Source: an uncultured Planctomycetales bacterium (GTDB lineage: Bacteria; Omnitrophota; Gorgyraeia; Zapsychrales; Fredricksoniimonadaceae). Taken from it: a stretch of 64,000 nucleotides of DNA. The notes beneath the pieces are model-generated. The model was not told the DNA's origin. It did not search any database and was given only the letters and a program-made list of their open reading frames with translations. This document shows positions 57,850 to 64,000 of the stretch, in pieces; within the stretch, counting starts at the first letter, position 1; each line of letters starts with the position of its first letter. The position numbers and the translations under genes are program-made. The stretch covers positions 518,518 to 582,517 of the forward strand of contig CAZNDZ010000001.1 of NCBI GenBank assembly GCA_964572155.1, in the 5' to 3' direction.

Positions 57850-59220
57850 ATGAAAGCAAAAACAATTTTTGTCTGTCAAGAATGTGGTAGTCAGTCTCCT
57901 CGTTGGGTTGGAAAATGTCCGGCCTGTGAGAGTTGGAATACCTATGCCGAGGAGCAAACCGTAGAGCGACCTGCCGCAAAATCAACGCGTGGTCAGATTG
58001 CACAAAATGCGTCGAGTGAAGTGATGCTCTTGGAAAATGTGAGCACGGTTGATCATACGCGTTCGGTCACAGGCATTGTTGAGTTTGATCGTGTCATGGG
58101 CGGGGGCATTGTGCCTGCCAGTGTCACCTTGATTGGCGGCGATCCAGGTATTGGAAAGTCAACCATTGTCATGCAAGCCGGATGTGCCTTGGCTTTGTCA
58201 GGTTTGAAGGTCTTATATGTTAGCGGCGAGGAATCGATACAACAGGCAAAGATTAGGGCCGATCGTGTCTCTAAGGCGGTTAAAGGAAACTTTTTTATCG
58301 TAAGCGCCATTGATGTCGGCGAGATTGCTGTGCGTATTCATGAATTAAAGCCGCAGGTGGTTATCATTGATTCGATTCAGGTGATGAGTTTGGCAGAAAT
58401 CACGTCGAGCCCAGGCAGTGTATCGCAAGTAAGAGAATCAGCGGCGGTGTTGACGCATTTGGCCAAACAAAATGGCTTTGCTTTATTTTTGATTGGGCAT
58501 GTGACCAAAGAGGGCATGCTTGCAGGACCAAGGGTTTTAGAGCACATGGTTGATACAGTTTTATATTTTGAAGGTGAGCGTTACTCAACATATCGCATTT
58601 TACGGGCTACCAAGAATCGTTTTGGTTCAACCAATGAGATTGGCGTTTTTGAAATGACGGCAGGTGGTTTGCAGGAAGTATCAAATCCGTCCGAGATTTT
58701 CTTAGCAGAGCGGCCATTGGATGCGTCAGGTTCTGTGGTTGTACCAATCCTCGAGGGGACACGGCCATTTTTAGTTGAGGTGCAAGGGTTGGTGTCGCGC
58801 AGTGCTTTTGGCATGGTACGTCAGAAAGCTCAAGGGTTTGATGCGAATCGTTTGGCCTTGCTGGTTGCGGTATTAGAAAAACGATTGGGCATGAATTTGG
58901 GTGATAAAGATATCTTCGTCAATGTCGTCGGTGGTATGCGCATAGCTGATCCTGCGGCGGATTTATCGGTGTGTTTAGCAGTTGCATCAGCATTATTAGA
59001 TAAAGCTGTTAGCCCTGATATTGTGGTGTTGGGCGAAGTTGGATTGTCGGCGGAAGTGCGTAGCGTTTCACAAATCATCACACGCATCAATGAAGCAGAA
59101 AAGTTAGGATTCAAGCGTTGCATTGTTCCTAAAAATAATTTAAGCAAAGCAGATATTAAACCAAAGCATATCAAATTGATCCCTGTGACGTCAGTGCGAG
59201 AAGCGTTGGATAAACTGTAA
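57850..59220 (+). CDS. radA: DNA repair protein RadA/Sms
   Basis: N-terminal C4 zinc finger 'CQECGSQSPRWVGKCPAC', Walker A 'GDPGIGKST', 'KNRFG' motif and a Lon-like C-terminal domain. Confidence 0.9.
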   Translation: MKAKTIFVCQECGSQSPRWVGKCPACESWNTYAEEQTVERPAAKSTRGQIAQNASSEVMLLENVSTVDHTRSVTGIVEFDRVMGGGIVPASVTLIGGDPGIGKSTIVMQAGCALALSGLKVLYVSGEESIQQAKIRADRVSKAVKGNFFIVSAIDVGEIAVRIHELKPQVVIIDSIQVMSLAEITSSPGSVSQVRESAAVLTHLAKQNGFALFLIGHVTKEGMLAGPRVLEHMVDTVLYFEGERYSTYRILRATKNRFGSTNEIGVFEMTAGGLQEVSNPSEIFLAERPLDASGSVVVPILEGTRPFLVEVQGLVSRSAFGMVRQKAQGFDANRLALLVAVLEKRLGMNLGDKDIFVNVVGGMRIADPAADLSVCLAVASALLDKAVSPDIVVLGEVGLSAEVRSVSQIITRINEAEKLGFKRCIVPKNNLSKADIKPKHIKLIPVTSVREALDKL

Positions 59221-59284
59221 GGCCTGCCGCTCTCTGCGGCATGCACGGTATCATATTTGTAATAGAATAACCAGGAGCTAATAA

Positions 59285-60280
59285 ATGACATTATCATTCA
59301 TTCGGATTTTCTTTGTGTTGATCAGTGGGGTTGTTGGTTTTCAGGTAGCATCGATTGTTAACGTTGATTCCACCATGGGTTTTGGAGGCGGGATGATTGG
59401 GGCAGGTTTATTGATTGCCATGGAAATGACCTTAAAGCAGGTTTCTGTACGTGGTTTATCGAGCATGGTTTTTGGGCTTGTTTTAGGGATAGGGATGGCA
59501 AAGTTGATTGCGGATATTTTATCCTTATTGCCAATCGACGAAGTGCTAAAACCCATCTTGCGCGTCATCTTAACCTTGATCTTTGCGTATTTAGGTGCGG
59601 TCATGGCCATGCGCGGTAAAGACGAATTTAATTTGATCATTCCTTATGTGCGCTTTAAACGCCAAGATTTAAAAGAAGGGGTTGTGTTGTTAGATACAAG
59701 TGCCATCATCGACGGACGTATTGCGGATATCTTTAAGACGGGATTTTTAGATGGTAGATTGGTTGTGCCCCGTTTTGTTTTACATGAAATGCAAGCGTTG
59801 GCTGATTCTGCCGATGACACCAAGCGTCAACGGGGCCGTCGTGGTTTAGAATTACTTAAAAATATGCAAAAAGATTCTGCCGCGGATATCCGTATTCATG
59901 AAGATGATTTAAACGGCTCAGAACCTGTTGATTTAAAACTTGTCAAGTTGTGCCGTTTGATGGAAGCACGCATTTGCACCACGGATTTTAATTTAAGCCG
60001 CATGGCATCCATTCAAGGCATTGAGATTTTAAATATCCATGATTTAGTCAATGCGGTCAAACCCATGGTGTTTGCAGGGGAAGAATTAGAAGTGCGTCTG
60101 CTTAAAGAAGGTAAAGATCCAACCCAAGCTGTTGGTTACTTAGAAGATGGAACCATGGTTGTTGTAACCGATGCGCGTAAGTTGATTGGTCAAAATGTGA
60201 AGGTTGCCATCACATCGGCGTTACAAACACAGGCAGGGCGCATGATTTTTGCCAAGTTAGCAGGATCTGTTGCCCCATGA
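59285..60280 (+). CDS. PIN/TRAM-domain protein, YacL-like (membrane-anchored)
   Basis: N-terminal TM helices. PIN domain 'VLLDTSAIIDGRI'. C-terminal TRAM-like beta domain. Position after radA matches Firmicute yacL. Confidence 0.65.
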   Translation: MTLSFIRIFFVLISGVVGFQVASIVNVDSTMGFGGGMIGAGLLIAMEMTLKQVSVRGLSSMVFGLVLGIGMAKLIADILSLLPIDEVLKPILRVILTLIFAYLGAVMAMRGKDEFNLIIPYVRFKRQDLKEGVVLLDTSAIIDGRIADIFKTGFLDGRLVVPRFVLHEMQALADSADDTKRQRGRRGLELLKNMQKDSAADIRIHEDDLNGSEPVDLKLVKLCRLMEARICTTDFNLSRMASIQGIEILNIHDLVNAVKPMVFAGEELEVRLLKEGKDPTQAVGYLEDGTMVVVTDARKLIGQNVKVAITSALQTQAGRMIFAKLAGSVAP

Positions 60281-60942
60281 AATGTGCAATGATCATTGTG
60301 GCCGCAGGTAGTGGCACGCGTTTTAAGTCCAAAACCCCTAAACCGTTTGTCCTTTTGCGAAAAAAGCCCCTCATCGTTCATAGCTTGACTGTTTTTGAAC
60401 GCTGCATTAATATTGATAGCATTGTTATCGTCGGTCATGGGGATTATTTAGCCAAATTTAAGGCCATAGCCAAAAGGTTTAAAAAAGTAACCGCTGTTGT
60501 CAAAGGCGGCGCTACCCGTGCTGATTCAGTAAAACAAGGTTTAAAAGCCATTGATCAGACCTGCGATATTGTTTGTGTTCATGATGCCGCAAGGCCTTTG
60601 GTTAATTTGGACATGATGGCGCGTATTTTTGATGCGCTAAAGAAATCACCGGCGGTGATCACAGCTGTACCTGCCAAAGCAACGATCAAGGAAGTGAGCC
60701 TTAAAACCATGAATGTGGTGCGTACCTTGCCACGAGCAACATTGTGGGAAGTGCAAACGCCCCAAGGGTTTTCGCGTGTGATGTTAGAAAAAGCACATGC
60801 GCGGGCGACGCGATTTGAAGCCACCGATGATGCCATGTTGCTTGAGCATTTAGGGGTGAAGGTCAAGGTTGTGATGGGTGATTATCGTAATATCAAAATC
60901 ACCACACCAGAAGATTTATTGATGGCAGATGTCTTAATTTAG
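60277..60942 (+). CDS. ispD: 2-C-methyl-D-erythritol 4-phosphate cytidylyltransferase (IspD)
   Basis: 'AMIIVAAGSGTRF' and 'VCVHDAARPL'. Confidence 0.85.
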   Translation: MKCAMIIVAAGSGTRFKSKTPKPFVLLRKKPLIVHSLTVFERCINIDSIVIVGHGDYLAKFKAIAKRFKKVTAVVKGGATRADSVKQGLKAIDQTCDIVCVHDAARPLVNLDMMARIFDALKKSPAVITAVPAKATIKEVSLKTMNVVRTLPRATLWEVQTPQGFSRVMLEKAHARATRFEATDDAMLLEHLGVKVKVVMGDYRNIKITTPEDLLMADVLI

Positions 60943-60954
60943 GAGATGTAACTT

Positions 60955-61434
60955 ATGCAGTATCGCAGCGGGATTGGTTATGATGTGCATCGATTAGTGA
61001 CGGGCCGCAAGCTCATGTTGGGTGGCATTGAAGTGCCTCATACGCATGGCCTTGAGGGGCATTCCGATGCGGATGTTGTGTTGCATGCGATCTGCGATGC
61101 GCTTTTAGGAGCCGCAGCCTTGGGCGACATTGGGGAGCATTATCCTAATACAGATCCTAAATATAAAAATATTTCATCATCGCTGTTGCTTAAGACAACA
61201 AATCAAAAAGTCAATGATTTAGGCTATAAGGTGTCTAATGTTGACGTGATGATCTTGGCGCAAGAGCCAAAATTACAAGAATATAAAGCGAAGATGCGTT
61301 TTCATATTGCTTTTGAATTAGCGGTTGATGAGACTCAGGTGAATATCAAAGCAACAACGAATGAAGGTTTAGGTTTTATTGGAGCTAAAGAAGGAATTGC
61401 CGCCTATGCGGTGGCAACGATCATTAAGGGGTAG
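60955..61434 (+). CDS. ispF: 2-C-methyl-D-erythritol 2,4-cyclodiphosphate synthase (IspF)
   Basis: 'IGYDVHRL' and '[17 protein letters not shown]'. Confidence 0.85.
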   Translation: MQYRSGIGYDVHRLVTGRKLMLGGIEVPHTHGLEGHSDADVVLHAICDALLGAAALGDIGEHYPNTDPKYKNISSSLLLKTTNQKVNDLGYKVSNVDVMILAQEPKLQEYKAKMRFHIAFELAVDETQVNIKATTNEGLGFIGAKEGIAAYAVATIIKG

Positions 61435-61438
61435 AAGC

Positions 61439-62086
61439 ATGTTTGATGCAATCAAGACAATTAAAGAACGCGATCCAGCCGCTAAGAGCATTCTGGAAGT
61501 GGTGTTGTTGTATCCAGGGTTTCACGCGCAAATCGTGTATCGCATTTCCAATAAATTATGGCAATGGAAAATTCCCATTGTTCCTCGCTGGTTGTCACAA
61601 TTGGGTCGTTTTTGGACGGGCATTGAGATTCACCCAGGAGCAACGATTGGTAAGAATTTATTCATCGACCATGGCATGGGCGTTGTCATCGGCGAGACAG
61701 CCATCATCGGTGACAATGTGCTGTTGTATCAAGGTGTGACCTTAGGCGGAACAGGTAAAGAATGCGGCAAACGCCACCCGACGGTGGGTAACAATGTGGT
61801 CATCGGGGCGGGTGCTAAGGTGCTTGGTAACATTACAGTAGGGGACAATTCTTACGTAGGTGCAAACGCCGTGGTCATTAAAAATGTGCCTGCCAATGCG
61901 ACGGTGGTTGGAATTCCAGCCCGCATCACCAAGCAAGAAGGCCGTAAGATTGACATGGAATTAGATCACGCGCATGTCAGCGACCCTGTTATGGACAATA
62001 TGAGCAAATTGCTTGAACGCATCAAGGCCATCGAACTTAAAAGCGGTGTTATCAATAAGAGCAACGACGACGATTTTGTCATATAA
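61439..62086 (+). CDS. cysE: Serine O-acetyltransferase (CysE)
   Basis: SATase N-terminal helices plus hexapeptide repeats ('[31 protein letters not shown]'). Start set at ATG 61439 rather than the overlapping track start. Confidence 0.8.
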   Translation: MFDAIKTIKERDPAAKSILEVVLLYPGFHAQIVYRISNKLWQWKIPIVPRWLSQLGRFWTGIEIHPGATIGKNLFIDHGMGVVIGETAIIGDNVLLYQGVTLGGTGKECGKRHPTVGNNVVIGAGAKVLGNITVGDNSYVGANAVVIKNVPANATVVGIPARITKQEGRKIDMELDHAHVSDPVMDNMSKLLERIKAIELKSGVINKSNDDDFVI

Positions 62087-62090
62087 CGTA

Positions 62091-62112
62091 GAGACGCGAT
62101 TCATCGCGTCTC
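62091..62112 (+). promoter_or_regulatory. Intergenic hairpin (8-bp stem GAGACGCG/CGCGTCTC, 6-nt loop) between cysE and cysS
   Basis: Perfect inverted repeat read from the sequence. It ends 3 nt before ATG 62116 and 18 nt before the alternative start ATG 62131. Confidence 0.35.
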
Positions 62113-62115
62113 CTA

Positions 62116-63537
62116 ATGAAAGATGTTTTAATGTCGATCAAGATTTATAATTCCTTGTCTCAGAAAAAAGAAGAGTTTGTACCGATCAATGGCAACACCG
62201 TCAACATGTACACCTGCGGGGTTACTGTCTATGATCAATGTCACATTGGTCATGCCCGCAGCCTTTACGTCTTTGATGTGATCCGTCGCTATTTAAAATT
62301 CCGCGGCTATGATGTGCATTTTGTGCGCAATATCACCGACGTTGATGACAAAATCATCAATAAAGCCATTGAAACAAAACGTGAATCCAAAGATGTCAGC
62401 GAAGAGCAAATTAAACTCTATTATGATGATATGAAAAGCCTAGGCGTTACCCCAGGCGATGTAGAACCCAAGGCGACCGACAATATCCCTGAAATGATTG
62501 CGCATATTCAAGGCTTGATAGCTAAGAAACATGCGTATCCGTCAACTGATGGGGATGTGTATTTTGATGTGCGTTCTTTTCCAACCTACGGCCAGTTGTC
62601 TGGTCAGAGCATTGATCAAATGCTCGAGGGTGTACGCATTGAAAAAGATTCTAAGAAAAAAGATCCTCTCGATTTTGCGTTATGGAAATCAGCCAAGCCA
62701 GGCGAGCCATATTGGGACAGCCCATGGGGCAAAGGTCGTCCGGGCTGGCATATTGAATGTTCCTGCATGAGCATGAAACATTTGCATACACAAACACTCG
62801 ACATTCATGCGGGAGGCCGTGATTTAATTTTCCCTCATCATGAGAATGAAGTGGCTCAGTCTGAAGCGCTCACGGGTAAGATATTTGCAAAATATTGGAT
62901 TCATCATGGATTGCTCACCATCAACAGTCAAAAGATGTCAAAATCCTTAGGCAATTTTATCACCATCAAAGATGCGTTGGCAAAATACAGCGTCGATGAG
63001 GTTAAGCTATTTTTCTTATTCTCGCATTATCGCAGCAGCATCGATTTTAGCGAAGCCAAAATGGTTGAAGCCAATAAAGCTTTAGCCAAGTTTGATGTGC
63101 TGTTTTACCGTGCAGCCCAAATCTTAGATGGCAAGCAAGTCGAGCCTGTGCAAGCAGGATTTATTTCAAAATATAAGCATGAATTTATCGAGGCGATGGA
63201 CGATGATTTTAATACACCAAAGGCTTTGGCAGCGTTGTTCTGTTTGATCAATGATACCAATACTTATATTGATCAAAATAGTACCGATCCCAATTACTTG
63301 GGTGTGATTTACCATGCGGTTGATATCCTCGAGAATTTTGGCCGTAACATTTTAGGTTTATTTGCTAACGAAAAAGAATTGGTGTTAACCCCAGATTTAC
63401 AAGTTTTACTCGACGAACGCGTTAGTGCACGGCAATTGAAGAATTTCAAACGTTCCGATGAATTGCGTGACCTATTAAAGACCAAGGGTGTTTTGGTGGA
63501 AGATTCCAAGAGTGGTCAAACCTGGAGATGGATTTGA
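62116..63537 (+). CDS. cysS: Cysteinyl-tRNA synthetase (CysS)
   Basis: Class I 'CGVTVYDQCHIGHARS' (HIGH) and 'KMSKS'. The start could be ATG 62131 ('MSIKIYNSL') by alignment with the usual CysS N-terminus. Confidence 0.88.
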   Translation: MKDVLMSIKIYNSLSQKKEEFVPINGNTVNMYTCGVTVYDQCHIGHARSLYVFDVIRRYLKFRGYDVHFVRNITDVDDKIINKAIETKRESKDVSEEQIKLYYDDMKSLGVTPGDVEPKATDNIPEMIAHIQGLIAKKHAYPSTDGDVYFDVRSFPTYGQLSGQSIDQMLEGVRIEKDSKKKDPLDFALWKSAKPGEPYWDSPWGKGRPGWHIECSCMSMKHLHTQTLDIHAGGRDLIFPHHENEVAQSEALTGKIFAKYWIHHGLLTINSQKMSKSLGNFITIKDALAKYSVDEVKLFFLFSHYRSSIDFSEAKMVEANKALAKFDVLFYRAAQILDGKQVEPVQAGFISKYKHEFIEAMDDDFNTPKALAALFCLINDTNTYIDQNSTDPNYLGVIYHAVDILENFGRNILGLFANEKELVLTPDLQVLLDERVSARQLKNFKRSDELRDLLKTKGVLVEDSKSGQTWRWI

Positions 63538-64000
63538 TGAGAGGCAAGTTTATCACCTTAGAAGGTGCGGAAGGTGCGGGTAAAAGTACGCAGTCGGCGT
63601 TGATCATGGATTATTTTAAGAAGCGCAAAATTCCAGCTGTTTTGTTGCGTGAACCTGGTGGCGTTAAGATTAGCGAAAAGATCCGCGCTTTGTTGCTCGA
63701 CGTCAATAATGCCAAAATGTCCGATGAATGTGAAACCTTGTTGTATATGGCCGCACGGGCACAGTTGGTCAAAGAAGTGTTGATGCCAACGTTGAAAAAG
63801 GGAACACATGTCATTTGTGATCGTTTCTTAGATTCGACCGTAGCATATCAAGGTGCTGGCAATGGCGTTGATACAAAGACCATTGAGAACATTGGATTGT
63901 TTGCAACAGAAGGGCTAAAGCCAGATTTGACCTTGCTTTTTGATATTGATGTGAGCAAAGGTTTGTCACGCACCAATGCACAAAAAGATCGGATTGAACA
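63537..64000 (+). CDS. tmk: Thymidylate kinase (Tmk), 3' end beyond the window
   Basis: 'FITLEGAEGAGKSTQ' P-loop and 'DRF ... DS' lid region. The start overlaps the cysS stop (TGATGA). Confidence 0.8.
   Translation, partial: MRGKFITLEGAEGAGKSTQSALIMDYFKKRKIPAVLLREPGGVKISEKIRALLLDVNNAKMSDECETLLYMAARAQLVKEVLMPTLKKGTHVICDRFLDSTVAYQGAGNGVDTKTIENIGLFATEGLKPDLTLLFDIDVSKGLSRTNAQKDRIE

Noticed and set aside
59221-59284. GC-rich hairpin (TGCCGC/GCGGCA) after radA as an intrinsic terminator
   Set aside because: The stem is only about 6 bp with no following T-tract. It is too weak to call.
1-64000. Search for CRISPR arrays, rRNA genes, IS elements/transposases, integrases and phage genes
   Set aside because: No regularly spaced direct repeats, no rRNA-like sequence and no transposase or integrase-like ORFs were found by reading the sequence and the ORF translations.

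Overview
This window is a 64-kb, gene-dense, moderately AT-rich stretch of a bacterial chromosome. It carries about 66 protein genes and one tRNA-Gln. Only two genes, the PpiD-like chaperone and an acyltransferase-3, lie on the minus strand.

The host is clearly a diderm with LPS and outer-membrane machinery. Supporting genes are bamA-skp-lpxD-(lpxC/fabZ fusion)-lpxA-lpxI, mlaEFD and lolCDE-like genes. I cannot assign a phylum from the sequence alone.

Most of the content is core housekeeping. Named blocks include:
- ispE-tRNA(Gln)-glmU-prs-ctc-pth
- rpsF-ssb-rpsR-rplI-dnaB
- lysS
- mcsA-mcsB-clpC ... radA-yacL-ispD-ispF-cysE-cysS-tmk, a gene order reminiscent of Firmicutes
- rluB-like, two SpoU methyltransferases, pgeF, cutA, rmuC, an ABC-F ATPase, and a hybrid histidine kinase plus Hpt phosphorelay

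The standout feature is a pair of paralogous giant secreted proteins of about 1100 aa and 2000 aa. They share a roughly 300-aa N-terminal module, a roughly 65-aa C-terminal module and a conserved about 25-nt element directly 5' of the start codon. Their central regions are unrelated, appear AT-rich, and in the second gene are internally repetitive. I do not recognise this family. They bracket a 17.6-kb block of core genes, and a RelE/ParE-RHH toxin-antitoxin pair sits immediately downstream of the second one.

Other notable points:
- a perfect 20-bp palindrome in the hisG 5' region, whose core recurs inside both giant genes
- a tiny, very basic 33-aa ORF after hisG
- consensus sigma70 promoters in front of bamA (leaderless geometry) and lysS (followed by a terminator-like hairpin)
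- a (CAR)8 poly-Q microsatellite inside clpC

No CRISPR array, rRNA, or transposase/IS element was seen.
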